A DNA stretch of 64,000 nucleotides from Gordius albopunctatus (lineage: Eukaryota), in NCBI GenBank assembly GCA_964276515.1, contig OZ193909.1:1116001-1180000 (forward strand), written 5' to 3'. Shown one piece after another: positions 49,201 through 64,000 of the stretch; the stretch's first letter is position 1, and each line of letters opens with the position of its first letter. The position numbers and the translations under genes were made by a program. Under the pieces are notes generated by a model. It ran no database searches and had not been told where the DNA came from. It was given only the letters and a program-made list of their open reading frames with translations.

Positions 49201-52200
49201 AGGGTTTAGAGCCTGATTTCGGGCTTAAAGAATTCGGATCCGGATCAAATTTATTAGGCGGCGCTGATTTGGGCCTAATCCGACCGAAATAGCTATCGTA
49301 AGAAGCTTTTTTCTGGCGCCGTTTTATGATGGCTGCAACGCAGGCCAACTTAGAAGTAGAGGTCGGACTATCGACATTAAAGCCCTTGCCGTTAGCATAC
49401 AGCTTGGGAGTCAACTTCTCGCTCCGGCTGACGTGAAGGGGCGCTTCGATCGATGATGAGATGTCGGAGAGAGCGTCATCCGTGCGCGACGGAGACAGAT
49501 GATTTTGGCGCTCATGGTAATTCCGAGTTTGACGCTCGACGCAACGAGCGTCGACGTCGTAAGCCCCGGTTTCTTGAGGCAAGGTAGGCCGTTTATTGTG
49601 GCCATTTATTTTGACGCTCGCATAGCTGAAGGTTTGTTCCGATTCCCGCACGTTGCTAGGAGGATATCTAAGACTGGCGCAATGGGGGACGTGCAAGGAA
49701 TCTTCCTTATCGACTATTCTAGCCTCTGGTCGATCTATTTTGTGATTTATACCATGAGGAGCTGCGGGAATAGAGGAGGTCGACGCGGATGGCCAAAAAG
49801 AAAATAATATAGATCTACGCTCCTTCCTGACCCCCGACCTCTTGTTTGAGGTGGAGGCAAGTGCCATGGTCGCTGCCCTTTGCTTTATGCTATCGTTGGC
49901 AGATAGCTTAACAGTGGTGGGCAATAAAAATCTTAGGGAAGAGGTTGAAGATGTAGAGGAAGCATATATGGCGCTGGCTAAGTCTCTAGGGTGTGGCGTC
50001 TTTTTTGGCACGACAATCGGGGACGGCGAAGGATCTCGCTTAGCTAATATGGGGTTTTCGTAATTGACGCACCTAGGCCAAGTCCGTCGCTGATCCAAGC
50101 TAGCGAGTCCAACAGCGATGTGATTCTCGCGCATTCGAGACTTGCCACTAGGTGGCTTGATATCGGCCGGTAAGCGCGCCGAGAAACCCAAGGTTTGAGG
50201 TCGCTCTTTGGTCGATGACATATGTTGTTGGTAGTGATGGTGAGTCCGCTTCTTAAGCAGCTGGGATATAACGTTATTTCCATTTTTGATCCACTTTTTG
50301 CCGGTTAACGAGCCGTGATTGGCGGGAGGAGGATTATACTTACACAAAACGTCGTCTAATGTAGCTAGCGTTTCTTCTTCTTCTTGCGAGAGGTGATGTC
50401 TGTGCCGGCTCGCCCTAGCGTCCCGCGTATCTTTGACGCGCTTGACGGTCGTCGGTCCCTTAGAGCTGTGGGGAGCGATAAGAGCGTTAGCGCTGAAGGG
50501 ATTCGACAATGATTTAGCGTGAACCGGGGTGGTATTAGAAGAAACACCTTCGAACAAGGATATGATACCCCTGAGGGATCTCGTTCCCAACAGGTGTTGT
50601 TGAAACGTGGAGGTATGTCCAGTCTTAAACGAGCGCCTTAAGCCTATATCGTCCGTCGTAATGGTAGTAGCACCATCGCGTTTATCACACCATTTCACAC
50701 TTCCATTTTTGTTGTTGCACGTTCTGTGATCTAGTGCGCTCGAGTTAAAAGTTGCTCCCGCTTCTCCAATCCCGCCGCTGCTTTTGTGCGCTCTACACTC
50801 GGCGCTCAAACAGGAAGTGGATTTGAGTCCTTGCGGTGCGGGCGGGTGCTGGTTATATTTCGACTCCCAGCCGTCTAAAATATCAGCGCTCCCGTAAGGG
50901 TGGGCCGTCATTTTGCGCTTAATGCGTTCGTGAAATTTGTCGAAGTACGCTTCAAATTTAGCGACCAGCTTCTTACGCGTCGCCTGGTTATTGTGGGTGT
51001 TGCCGCTCGAGTTTTTGCTCATGACGCTCGCCGTTTCGTTGGCTTCAAAACTTTCGCTAGCGCGCATTTTGTGATCGAGCAGAGAAATTGGATGTTTGCA
51101 AAAATCTTTGAAATTAGGTAGCATCCTATCTGCTAGGGAATGAGCTGGGTGATGAAAATAAATAAATTTCAACATTACTCACGGTCAAAAGATAAATGTG
51201 CGTGGGCATAGACACCATGGGAATTAGGGGGAGGGGCAAAATAAACACTTTTTGAAATTTCAGTCATCATAATTTTAATAAATTTCACCAAATTTTTAAA
51301 TTCCCTTCGGCTACGCCGGTGAAAATGTATTTTGCACTCCTTACCATCAACTTCACGGACATTGCATGGTGTTTTAGTGACGGTTAATGTTAATGGGTCG
51401 CGACAGCTGGACATCAATTTCATAACCTCGGCCACTCCTTTCCCATCCAAATATTGGCCGTTGATCTATGTGAAGATAATTGAGATAAATCAATGATTTT
51501 AATGGTAAATTACAAAAAATGTAAAACATTTGTCGTATCTCAACTTCTTGTCGGAAATAGAGCTTAGGTGATTAGTCTTACCGCTAGTATTTGATCCCCA
51601 GGGTTCAAATTGCAATTCTGACCGGATGTTGATCCTTCTGTTATATCTTTCACGTAGACGAGACTGGACAAAAGCTGCCCCAACTCTAAAATGAGTAAAA
51701 CCCGATTTAAAGACAGCACATGCAAACCAATAGTTTGTATGTAATGCAGGATACACCACATGATGAAATTTCAGTTAGATGATATACATTGAGTTTTAGT
51801 TAAATAGACACTTTTCCAATGGTTATATAAGATTAGGGCGACACTCTGTAACAAATCATTTACAAAAACATATTTTGAGCTCACTGTTTAATATTTTAGA
51901 AATTCGCTGGGGATGCAGAAACTAAACGATATTATTAGATTTGAGAATTCTTAGCACAATGTAGTCGAGTTTAGGGGGTAAAAATAGATTTTTATTCGAT
52001 AAATTTCTCAGTGAAAATTTGTGTTCATAGGGAAAAAATTCCAAAAAAGATAATATATGTTTTCTTAACGTCTTATATCACATAAATCTTGAAAATAATT
52101 TGAAGCCCGACCTTTAGCTTTGGGAAGGGGGAGGGTTATATGCTTGACGTCGCTCGAAATCTCTGGCTGGCTTTCGTATTTTATTTTAGTTCTGTTGGCC

Positions 52201-55200
52201 ACGACTCGCAACTTGCTGGGCTGACTCTCGAACACGGTTTGAGCTGCTTGCAAAGGATGAGTTACCTTCAAATCCACGTCGTTCATCTCGGTTATGCAAT
52301 CGTTTTTCCTGGTTTAACAAACAAAATAATATCATCTTTTTCAAATTTCAACGTCAAAAATAACAAAATTGGAATTTAAAAAGTTCTAAATTATTTTTTT
52401 GGAATAATTTAATCTTTTAAAATAGTTAAAAATGGGTCTTTTTAAACTATGCGTCTAAAAAACACGTTTTTAATAACATTTATTTGTTTTACCGGGTCAA
52501 AGTGGGTTGCTAAAATATATTGAAAAAACTATTACACTTGGGAAATCGCAAACTCTCTGTCGTCTTTATCACATTAAATTTATCGTAAGAACCATACTTT
52601 TGTCATTTTATTCAAAAAAATTGCAAAAATAATATAAGGATCAATGTCATCCGTTTAGTTATAGCGCGTTTTTATATTTTTTTAGTCGTGTATGTAATTA
52701 TTTGAATACCATTTAATAAAAATTTATAATTAAAAAAAAATTTAATCGGGTAAATCAGGAATTTAAAGACTTCATATTCAAACCTCAATCTGCCGTAAAA
52801 TGGGGACTTTGGCGAAACCTCTTCGATTCTAAGACCCAATTCATCTAATGGCCCCACCACGATGCCCAAATCATCCATTGTGTGGCATGGCAGAATCTAA
52901 GTTAAAAATATTTAAGCAAATAAAGTAAAACGTTTTTCCTATTCCTTAAAAAGTAGCCTTATGCGACAATTTAGGTAAATTTTTTTTAATTCGTCAAAAT
53001 TTGGTAAAATATGATTTATAAACCATGTCGATGTGGTAAGATACGCTTTCCCATTCCAGTTTTTGATCGTCGTGCATGGCGTTTTGGCACGCATCGTCGT
53101 AAGTCTTTTCTCTTTGTTTACAATAAACAATAAAACGCTTTTAAAAAAGTTTAGTTACACCTAAGGAAGTAATTATATGGCAAATAATGTTTAAAAAGGC
53201 ACTAATCCATCCATCTCTACGCTTGTTTTTTCCTCAAAATCTGCGTGCCAGCTTCAGTAATCATAGTTATGGGACCATATAATATAGATAGCGCAAAAAA
53301 CCAATATCGCCTAAAAATCTGTGTGAAATTTTTGCAAGGTGTTGCATATATTTACTAAACCCATATTAGGGTTGAACTTCGGTACTCTGCTGCACAAATC
53401 TCATTGTAATCCTTTAAATTAAACCAAGATTTCATATGGACAAATTGATTAGGGGCCCACTTGCTTTACACTGCATCCAAAACGAAAAAATACAACACTC
53501 CATTGGCCACCTGCTGCATACTAGTGTTGTGAAAACGGCTGGGGGGTTTTGCTTGGTAAACCTTCGGTTTAACTAAGACTAACGACCGACTCTGGTCTGG
53601 TTATCAAATTTCGACTAAGGCTTACAAGTCCATTCATAAAATAAGACCAAAAAAATATGGTCTGTGTATAGGTCCAGGCTTTTTTACAAACTTCAAGGGA
53701 AATCGTTTCGAAATTACCCAATTTCACCATGTGAGCCATCTAGAATCGTGCTAGAGGTGCCACAACTGTCATCCTGAAGAGGCTTGCTGCCGCGCTGCGC
53801 TCGAATCAAAGCTTGTTTGTAAAGATCTCGTTCGGTCACTATCTTATCCCTTTCTTTGAAAGCCCAATCCCTCCTCTTCCTCGCGATGTCAGCTTCTTTT
53901 TGACACTCTTGGAGTTGTATTATTAGAATTATATTAGAAAACCAAGGTTATTTAATCGTTTTTTTCAGTGATAAAACACGAAAAATTGAATTTGAGGGGG
54001 TTTAAAACGCTCGTTCTTACCCGTGAGCTGAAGTTGTAGCGCGTTTAAACGCTTCCCAACCTCCTCCTTGTTGAAATCCTCCATGTGTTCTTGCCTGTAC
54101 AACTCCTGCAATATTTGATTTCGATGATCTAGCGCTTGACTCATCTCGTGCCGAGCGGCATCGCGCTCCGCTATGACGCCACTATAATCTTTGAGCGCTT
54201 CGTCGCGCTCCTTCTCGGCCAAGCTTTTCAGCGTCATGACCTAAATATAATCATTCGGATTATGATAGGAATTAGAAATAAAAAATGGCGGCCATCTTGA
54301 AATAGCTACAACTATTTGACGCAAGAAATTATTAAAAACTGCAGTTATAAGATCTTTAAGGAGTATAATGAACAATGGCCCTTCACTCCAAATAAATTTA
54401 GAAATGGGACTAAACCATCAATAAAATACAAAATTATTTGAAAAATAATAATTTACATAGCATTTAAGTCTAAAAAAACTGTAAAACTACTTTAAACCCG
54501 AGCGTTTCAAAAGCGTCAAAACAAATATGCCATCTTGATACTCACTTCGCCGTATTTATCTTTGACGTGGTTGCCTTCGTTGATCGCTTTATCACGATCG
54601 GCAAGGGCACATTCGATCTCCTTTCGATACAATTGCAGCTCTTCGGCCAGTTCTTTATTTTCATCTTCCAATTCCTGTCGTAAAATGCGTAAAAATTGAG
54701 GGCTAGAAAATATTTAAGAAACTAAAATTTGGTTTCTTTCTAAAATAATATATCCTCTAAAGCTGTCGCCGCGAGACATATTAGGGTCAGAAATTATAGA
54801 AATTTGAGGCAAATTGGTACATCATATAAACCTTTCCCACTTACTACCAAAATTATAAAATGTACATGGTAAAAAGGAAAGAAAATACTTCTAAGAAGCA
54901 TTTGTGCTTTCTAATTCTATACAAATCTTCATTTATCGTTTCAAGACAAAACCTAAAATCACTTAGTGTTACTACAATATTGACGCGATAAACATACCCG
55001 AAAAAGAGACTGTTTCAACCGGATATCAACTATATATAAGTAACTTGGAACAAAATGGCTGTAATAAATAGGGCTTAAACTCCTCAACAAAATTAAAAGA
55101 AAAAAGGCAATTTTAGGTTTTGCCAACTTGTGTTTTCTTCTTAGCGTCGGCCACGTCCTCCTGCAGCTTATCCATCTCTTTGTGCACGGTGTCGCGCTCT

Positions 55201-56465
55201 GCCATCACCAAGCTGTACTCTTGAACGGCAGCGTTGCGCTCTATGAGACGACGCTCTAAATCTTTTGCCGCTCGGATTTGCATCGCGAGGGCGTGATTCA
55301 TCTCCTTTATAGCTTCGTCCCTTTGTTGGGTCACCTGAAAACAGGAACAATGCAAAAAAAAGTCTATATACAGAAAGATTGTTTAAGCTATAATTATATA
55401 ATTTGGAGTGAAAAATATAAGTATGGAGGCTTTTAATTATTTTAGGCTACATGAACCATTGTATAAAAAAGATTTCAACTTTAAATCAGACTACCTTTTG
55501 AAGTTGTTCACGCGCCTCGGAGGCGTCGTGAAATGAGGCTTCGAGTTGGTGCGAGAGAGCGGCGCAGTGCTGCTTGAGCGCGAAATTTTCACGTAGCAGC
55601 GTCGAGCGCTGTTCGAGAGCGTCGTCGAGTTTGGAGCGGGCGCGTGAGGCTTCGGTTCGAGCCCGAGACAAGGCGCTTTCGTGCGACGCTTCGCGCTCGG
55701 ACCAAGCCCGAACCAGCGCTTCGTGCTCGCGCTTGGCGCGCTCGTACTTCTCGAGCGCCGTGTCGTACATCTTGCTTAGCAACTCGCTCGAACCGCTGCT
55801 CAAGGAATATTCCGCTTTGCCGCTGCCCCCGACGCTGCCGCTCAACGCCGAGGAGTAGATGGTAGGCGCGAAAGAGGCAACGCTGGCCACGCTATAGGAC
55901 TGTTGGGCGGGTGGGTAGTAAAAGTAGGCGTCCGAAGGTGCGGTGGGGGGTGAGGTGGCAGCCGTGATGGGTGAGGTTGAATGGGGCGGGGCTCGGGGAA
56001 TGGGTGGATAGAGGACGAGATCGGCAGCTGACGATGAGCTATTGTAATTCAAATCGATCCCGCTTTCGCCCGCGCTCATGACGGTCCCCACCCCGGAGAT
56101 CGTAGACGTGGCGGCCACAGCTGATTCAGTAGCGGTCACGTGTTGTTCCTCGTCGGGGTCGTGTGGGGTGAGGAGGAATAAGGGGGGCGGTCTCAAGACG
56201 TCGTGGATGGATGACAGGATGGGTGGTGGTGGAGTGTTGGGTAGTAGGGAGGAGTAATAAGGTTGGCGATGGTCTATCGCGTTTGGGAGCGAATTATTGG
56301 AATGGTCATCCCCATCACCTAGCGGGGAGGAAACACAAGCCCCCTCGGGGTCGGGGTAGAGAATACTACGATAAGCAAACTTCTTATTCGCGTGGCTGCA
56401 GCAAGAATCGTCTCCCATCAGATTGAAAGAATCGCTTTTTAGAGATGTCTTCAAGCTGGGGGAAT
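43236..56465 (-). CDS. DLG5: Disks large homolog 5 (MAGUK), multi-exon; 5' exons probably further upstream
   Basis: Coiled-coil exons (ERNAAVQEYSLVMAERDTVHKEMDKLQE; RDWAFKERDKIVTER), four PDZ domains (e.g. GIFISSV...GLQVGDQMLEVCGINLRNAT; FGIQLIGGNACGIFV), SH3 (GDSFYVKALFD...HVDDTMHAG...GLIPSK) and a GK-like region ending VNNEQQKVIWVP. Stop at 43236-43238. Confidence 0.9.
53522..53690. mobile_element. Dispersed hAT-like MITE family with TAGTGTTGT(A/G)AAAACGG ends
   Basis: Shared motifs gactaa, tcgactaag and agaccaaa. Related copies at ~1230-1314, 6400-6500, 8240-8400, 8760-8845, 10940-11097, 34030-34095, 43915-43976, 46340-46525 and 62050-62600. Confidence 0.6.
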
Positions 56466-59400
56466 CTGTAAAACCAGATAGTGGGGTATATATAGGGAAA
56501 AATTGACGTTTCTCAGGAATTATAAGCGGCGGGGGGGGGGGGGGGGAACCGCGAATATTAAGATAGTTTCATTTATCGTGTTTTTTGCCAAAAAAGGGTG
56601 TAAGTGAGGTGCGCGCTCGCTAGCTTCAAAAAGAAGCACTTAAAGTCGTCGTCCCCGTTCGAAGATGGGACAGAGGAGTATATGGATAGGGCGGGAGGTG
56701 GTGGCGGCGAAACGGTCAATGACTTCATCATGGCCGACAATTTAGCTGCTCAGTCTCAAGGGAGAGGGTAGGAATTGAGGGCGATAGGGAATTGAGTAGT
56801 GTCGTACGAGGGATGGGCTAGACAAGATCGGCTCATGAAATAAATGTGCGCGACGGGAAGAAAATATACCTTCTACCTACCTACCTACCTGCTATTATCA
56901 GGTGTGTGGTGTGGGAAAAGGGGAGCTAGGAGATTGTCGTGACGGGATGGCACATTAAAAATTTGTCATCTTTCCGCTCTCTCACCCTCACGCCATTCAG
57001 TCCCATTGTTGCAACACTTTGTAACAACCAAAATTAGGGGCGAGCCAAGGGGCGGAGGAGGGGGGGGGGGGGGTAAGGCAGTGGTTTTCCCGAATTAAAA
57101 TACGACAACGGTATAAGCGAGGTGGAAGAGGGGGGGGGGGCTTGTTGTTGCGTTGCGCGCAAATACAAAACAATTACTACACCACACGGCGAATCGCCTT
57201 CTGCCCCTCCCCATGATGATGAGATGAGTGAGATTATGATAATAAATAATAGCAACGAAATGCACTTCCCCAAACAAAAACGAGGCAAAGAAAGGGTAGA
57301 TAAGCATTGGTTGGGGCGAATTTTGGTAACTTTTATATCTTTATCTATCATCGTGGGCGAGGGGAAGGGGCGGCTGCCCTCACCTAAATACACAAATTTG
57401 TTGAAGTTTATTATAATTCTGGCTAAAATTTGGAAAAACGATCATCATGTATATATTTATTATGAAAAAAATATTTTTTTAACTTGTAGTTTAAATTTCC
57501 GAAAATTTAGCGTAAACATTCGCGAGACAAATACCTAGAGTTGTTAAATTGCTAACTTTCTTAAAAATCCAGACGCGAGCACGCACACTGAGTTGCTTAA
57601 TATGCGCGTTAGCAAAATGTGTGCTCGCTGTTCGGAGCACAAGGTAGAACATTAGCATATAAAAATGCTCGAGGACTGAGCAGAAACTCGAGCAGATGGT
57701 AGCCGGAGTTTAAGAAAGTTAGCAATTCAACAACTCTACAAATACCATTGTATGAAATCGGTGGGTTTGGATTGATAACGTAGGTTAGAGGGAAATGGAA
57801 CGCGATATTTCTGGCAATTATAGCCCATCATCGGGCAAAAAATATGGGATACGAGATAAAGGCTCAAAAAATAAAATGAAGTGAGTATAAACGGGCTGAT
57901 ATAGATTTTAAAAAAACAATAGAAATTACTAAACATTATTTAAAATTGCAAAGTTAGACCACATTGAACAGAGTTTAGTATATTTGAAAAAGCAGATGAT
58001 TTTAATAAACAAATGTTTTTTATTTAATTTTCCTTGACAATTTGTGTAACTCGACACCAATTAGAACGCAATAATAATAAATTTGTCATAAACCCGAGCA
58101 AACACAATTTGGAGACATAGTTGTAAAAATCGTGATTTTGCGAATTATTAAAAAATTATTTAGTCAATTTCTATTAAATCTTCCCCGTAAATCAATCTTA
58201 ATTTAAATTAAAGATGAAAGCAAAACAATGATTTAAGACCCAGTAGTATCTGGTTAGATTTTAAACGTAAGTAAAAAATAAAACGATGCCTAAATATTAA
58301 ATTATATAAATTAAAAATGTCGTGTAAAAATTTATGAAAAACGAAAACTATATACTCTCTCGTTGTTAGCTTTGTCTTTTACTCTTCTTCTCTTTTAAGG
58401 TTGACAAAAATTGGTAGACTTATTTAGTTTTTAGATTGTATGTGTAAAGCGCTTCAAATTTTTCAAGCCCACAGGGTAAATATGTTAAGTGAAGCATGAA
58501 TTTAGGCTATACACCATTTTACCCAACCTGTTATTAAACCATATAAAGTACTAGATATTAATTTAAGCTTTGAGTCAACAAACAAAAACAATAAAAGATG
58601 TTGCATCAAACGGTTCTCACATATTAAGGTGAAATAAGATGAAGTGAAAACTTAAATTTATAACACCTCGGTGTTTAATCTATATGTTTGATTATAATAG
58701 ATTAACATTTCTTTTTAATAAAATAAAAATTCAAATGACTAGCACGAAATAAAATTCATACTTAAATAATAATCAATATTTTAATAATAAAAGCTTGCTT
58801 TTTAATGGGGAACAGAAAGCTTTGAAAATCAAATTTTGAGGATATGTATTTAAACTCTAAATGTATTATAAATTGTCGTTGCCAATTATAACTCTTTCTG
58901 ACCTTCATTTTAAAAATCTAATTTGATACACGTGCTTTTAAGTTACAAAATCGTTTGGTTTCTTACTTTTATTTTACCAATAACAAAATACTTTTGTACA
59001 AACAATTCAATGTTAAGTAACGATTTCAGATTACCATATTCCTTAAAAAATTAGTATAAATAAAATTTAAACCCTATTTTTATTTTTCTTAGCATTATAA
59101 ACTTTTTACTGATTTAAAAATAACAGTAGGAATCAAATTACTAAGCATTTCAGTGAAATGTAGATTTTTTAAAACTTTATTGTAAACTAATATAATAAAA
59201 TGTTATTACAAACCATAATTTATTTAAGATATTACTTATTAAATTTTATTAGAATGTATAAAAATTCAAAAAACATGTTAATTTAATTTTGAACGCATTT
59301 TATATTTAGGAACTATTCAGGACATTTAAAAATCCTTCCTCCCCAATAAATTTGTTTTTTACAAGCCATTTCGTTATTCTTAAAAATTTCTTAATTATAT

Positions 59401-59488
59401 TTAGCTAAAAAACAAACACGTGAGATTAGTCAATTTTTTATGGGTTATGTATTTGATTTAATGAAGTTTCGAAAAATTGTATCACGAT

Positions 59489-60626
59489 TAGCCGAGGCCC
59501 GGCCCTCAAATTTTGAGGCTTTAAAATTCCGGGCCGGGCCGGGCCTAATTCATAAATAATAGGCCCGGCCCGGAATAATTTATAAGTAAATAATTTAGAA
59601 GTAGTAGTTGCCTAAGTAGTCCCCTGTTCTGTTTAAAACAATAATTACAAAAAATTAATTAATTACAAGTTATTGATTCATTCATTTTACCCTTTTTCTA
59701 TGATACAAACAATTGAGTATGGAACAAAAAAAATCTATTATATATATAAACATTCTAGATTTATAATAAAACAAGATAGAAACCCGTTGTACGGCTACCG
59801 AAACTAAATAATAGATAAACTCTAATTAATGCCATCTAGGCGAAATTTTTAATAAGAGACTATTTGATACTGAAGAATAAAAATAAGTTAATGATTTGGG
59901 ACCATACAAAATCACCGAATTTGCAACCTGCAATCATCGTCTAAGTTTTTGTATATAACAAACAAAGACTCACTAAAATATCGATATATTATCCTTCTTT
60001 AATATTTTTATATTAAATCATTGCATTTTTGTGAATAAATTCATTTATAGCGATATTTAAAAATTAAAAAACTTTAAAAATATTCGAATCGAATTCGAAT
60101 CTTTACATTTTTTTGAATCGAATTTGAATCCTTATTTTAATATTCGACGTCTCGAATTTAATATTTTTTCAAATAAAATTATCGAATCGAATACTAAAAA
60201 TATTCGATTTGATTCGAAATCCAGAGGCGTTGTGGAAAGAGCAGAGTGGTCAATTTCTAGCGCTTAGCTCCCTTTTTTTAAGATTTTTCGACACCTGCTT
60301 CATTTGCGTCGAGTGAGAGGTGTTTTTCGTTAGCGGGCCGGATTTTTGAAGAGCGGAGAACAAATTTAAACTCGGAAATTTTTGATGCCTGTGTTTCTTG
60401 CATCTAAAATAGCTCCGTTATCGATTTATAATTATATTACCTGCGTTTTATTTTTTAATTAAAAATTTTATAAAAATTGAGTTTGATTAAATTCCTGCAA
60501 TTCTAAAAATTCCGGGCCGGGCCTTGTTTTTAGAGATGCTAAAAGTCGGGCCCGGGCCGGGCCTTTTCACTATTTTAAATTCCGAGCCCGGGCCGGGCCT
60601 TAAAAAATCGATTTTGCAGGTCTCTA
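59489..60626. mobile_element. Non-autonomous hAT-like element with an 8-bp target-site duplication
   Basis: atcacgat flanks the element at 59481-59488 and 60627-60634. GGCCCGG/CCGGGCC subterminal repeats lie at both ends, and the right terminus is gcaggtctcta. Confidence 0.7.
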
Positions 60627-63600
60627 ATCACGATTAGGCATTTTTTTTAACCCTTTTACAAAACTAGTATTGCCAAAGCTATACCTGTGGGCATGGTGAT
60701 CTAATAACGTTTCATTTGTAGCTATTAGAAATGTTATAATTTATATTAAAATAAAATAAATTGTAATATTACATTGTTTGTAAATAATTGCTACATTCAG
60801 AGGGATGTCTTATGTTTTAGCAAGTTCATTTTCTAAAAATTATTTATTTATAATAAATAAATATTTAATAATTACGTATAGTAGATATCAAGTTGGAATT
60901 AATAAATGATTTCCAATTAAACAAGGTAAATACACAAACACTAGACATAGATTTAAAAATATGATACGACAGGACAACCAAAAGCGAGTCCATAAATTGC
61001 GTAGCAATTAAAAGCAGACGAAGTTATCAACAAATTTAACTATGTCCATAATAAATTTATTTAATCTACCAAATATTATTATATATATATCTGTTATAAT
61101 TTTTATCAATATTAATGTCTAATGGGACTTTGGCAATTACATACCTGGAAAAACCAGTGATTTTCAAATTCAATCGTCACCATTATATTAAATGACACGA
61201 TATTAAGTAAGGAAACAACATGAATCAAGTATAAAATTTAAGCATAATTCTTATTTAATGATTAAATTGTAAAATTAAAGCTAGGGGTAAGCTTCATTGT
61301 AATTTATCATTTTTCTATTGTTTAAATGGTAGTGAAAAGCGTGTAATATATAGATTAATACCTAAAGCACATTTATTCTAAAAATTATGATTAAAGTGCC
61401 TAAACATGAAGATTGACTAATGTGGTTAAAATATGGAATTAATAAATTTTGTTAGCTTTTTGTGTTTCAACCGTACTATTTTTTAAGTTGAAAATGTAAG
61501 AGGTATTTTAAAAATATAGTTAGACCAAACATTACATACTTTAATTCATATGATTTAAAATGGGCGTAACCAAGGAGGGGGGGGGTATAACAAGGGGCGC
61601 CTGCCTCCTTCTAAATCCAAAAGATTTGTTGAAATTTATTAAAATTATGGCTAAAATCTCAAAAAAAAAGATCATTTTGCCTCTAATTAACTCATTATTG
61701 CCCCCGCCCCTTCTAATCCCAATGCTAGCTAAGCTCATGTGATTTAATATTCGTATCTTCAGAAGTATCGTTAACTTAAAAAAAAAACCCAAACGATCCT
61801 TTAGTTTTTTGTTATAATTTTGAGCCAGCTATGAAAGTTAATTAATCGTTGATCGAAATTAGTGATCAATATAATTAATTCAATATTTACTCGTGTTATA
61901 GGGCAAGAGCGTTTGATATTCGTCCACAATTTTAACCTTGGGTTCTTTTTGCAACGTCATCGATTCGCACCTATCCCCACCATCTAAATTATGGTAACAA
62001 AAATGGATTATATCAAAAGTCCTGTTCCGTCTAATGCTATGGGGGAACAAGTAGTTTTTACGAATGTGCCAAGATATTGTTCAACTAGCCTTGTAAAAAC
62101 GACTGGCCTTTGTTTGCAGGTCGCCAAAACAAAGACCAGTCGTTTTTACAGCTCTATGTTCAACTGTCACATGACCCCTGAGGAGAGTCAATGAAGCTTT
62201 GAACCCCGTGCGAGCTAACTGCGTGTGAACGCGCTCGCAAATTTAAAGCTGCCCATTGCCCTTTAGACCCAAACTAATGGAGCTTGAACTGGACTTGAGC
62301 CACAGCAATAATAATAATGATTACTCTGTCGAGGAAAATTCATCCAGATAACTACTCTAAATTTTCTCATAGAACAAGTGTAAAAATCCATTTTTTAAAA
62401 ATATTTCGCACCAATTACAACTACAATACCTCCGTAAAAAGGGCTGGGCTTTTGCCCGACCTGGCCGGCTCTGGTCTATTTTTCAAATTTCGACTAAGTA
62501 TAGGGGTCCACTAAGAAAGAGAGACCAAAAAACCTTTGGTTTGTTTATGTATGATCGACTAAAGGCAAAGATCGACTAAAAAAAGTCCAACCGTTTATTT
62601 GCAAAAAACTAGTCAAGTTTTCCGGGTGCCATCTACCCAACAACAAGTTAAAATAATTCCAGAGTAGTCCAACATAATAGGTGGTTAATAGATGATGACT
62701 TTTGTGTCTAATGATGAGTTAAATAAAATCTATGATCGAAATTGTGGGTAAAGGAGGCATTGTTGTTAAGAAAAATATATTTTCCGCTGTAGATGTTCAT
62801 ATATATATTTTTTAATAAAAATTTTAATTTAATTTAACATTTAGGGTTTTCAGAACTATATCCTATTATAGTGGTGGATCCATATCTGTCTCAAAAAAGT
62901 CAATTTTCCAATCAGCTATCTAACTAATCAGGCAAAATGATTTTCAAAAATAACCAATAAAATGCATTCTAAGCTATAAATAAGTCATCTATATGCAAAG
63001 TTGTGTGTATGACCTAAATGTAGATAAATAATAGAAGCTGATTAAATTTATCTTCTAAGAAAGGATAGATTTTTATCATTTATACAAGAGATAGTGGTTG
63101 TATTGTAAACTATGTAGAACACTAATATAATATCATAATATATATAATTCATTGATCATATAATTTACTAAATTCTATCTCAACTTAATAAATAACTTGT
63201 AAAACTATCCCTTTTAAAGCTAAATTATATAAAAATTTAAGAATAAATCAAAAATTTTTTTAAATATTTTATACTATACCCAGGATATTAATCTTCTCTT
63301 GAACTTAATATATTTTGAAATTTAGATGAGGAATTGGGTTTAAATTTTTTTTAAATATTTCATTAAAAAGATAGTGTAAGGGTCGTCATACATTTAAAAT
63401 TAAAAAGTTGTGAAATGGGGCTTATTAACGTTTTACCTTTATATTTTTGTAATCCTGCATTAAAATTCACACAAAACAAAGTTTTTTAAATAAATAAGAG
63501 AGATTTTGAAATTTAGAAGCCATTTGAAAGAGATGCTAAAATCAAATATTCATAGTAAGCTGCAAATAAAGACAATAAGTTCACAAAAACAAGTTTAAAA

Positions 63601-64000
63601 AAATACATAACAATAAAAATAAAGTTTTAGGTAATTTTATAATAATTCAAAAATTAAACATTTTAAGCTCAATTAATAGCTTTCAAAGATGTTTATTAAC
63701 TTAGGAACATAAATTTTAAAAATAAAAAATTTCAAATCTATCAAATGCATCAAAATATTCTCCCTTTATACCTGCCCAATCATCTATTTTTATCTTACCA
63801 TTTGTTAATAAAAAATTTAAGATGTATACAATATAAATTAACATACTAACAATACATATAAATCTACTTTATTAAATTTATTAACAATTGAATCAGCAGG
63901 TGTTAATATCATTTTGTTTTAATTATAAAGTATCATTTATAAGATATTAACATCATACCATATGATCCTAAGAACATCAATGTCAGCAATTGTGGATAAG

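Noticed and set aside
48407..51175. 922-aa ORF as a standalone gene
   Set aside because: It is a large internal DLG5 exon ending in PDZ3, with a splice donor near 48435.
59489..60626. GGCCCGG and TTCGAA repeat clusters as a CRISPR-like or regulatory array
   Set aside because: The spacing is irregular, and an 8-bp TSD with TAG...CTA ends identifies them as hAT subterminal repeats.

Overview
AT-rich invertebrate (metazoan) genomic DNA. It holds four recognisable spliced genes: DHX9/maleless (+, 3908-15510), lin-54 (+, ~24368-31330), eIF2B beta (-, 33858-37407) and DLG5 (-, 43236 to at least 56465). These sit among RTE-type LINEs, hAT remnants and several MITE families. The most unusual element is a compact ~2.9 kb retroelement at ~19881-22754 (- strand). 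It has a Gag-like ORF overlapping an RT-RNase H ORF. The RT scaffold is DIRS-like, but several diagnostic motifs (RLIADLSQVSK, MGASFSPYVLQ, frameshift-hidden WVSTDHNPADAPSR) look hepadnavirus-like. It encodes no visible tyrosine recombinase, integrase or endonuclease, and it carries an exact 47-bp direct repeat and a terminal hairpin. Other notable features: a FLYWCH/WRKY-like zinc-finger exon followed by symmetric phase-1 micro-exons (41.7-42.3 kb), 32-39 nt introns, and a sharp CpG-poor to CpG-rich switch about 2 kb into several genes. All calls come from manual reading and remembered family motifs; no database searches were run.
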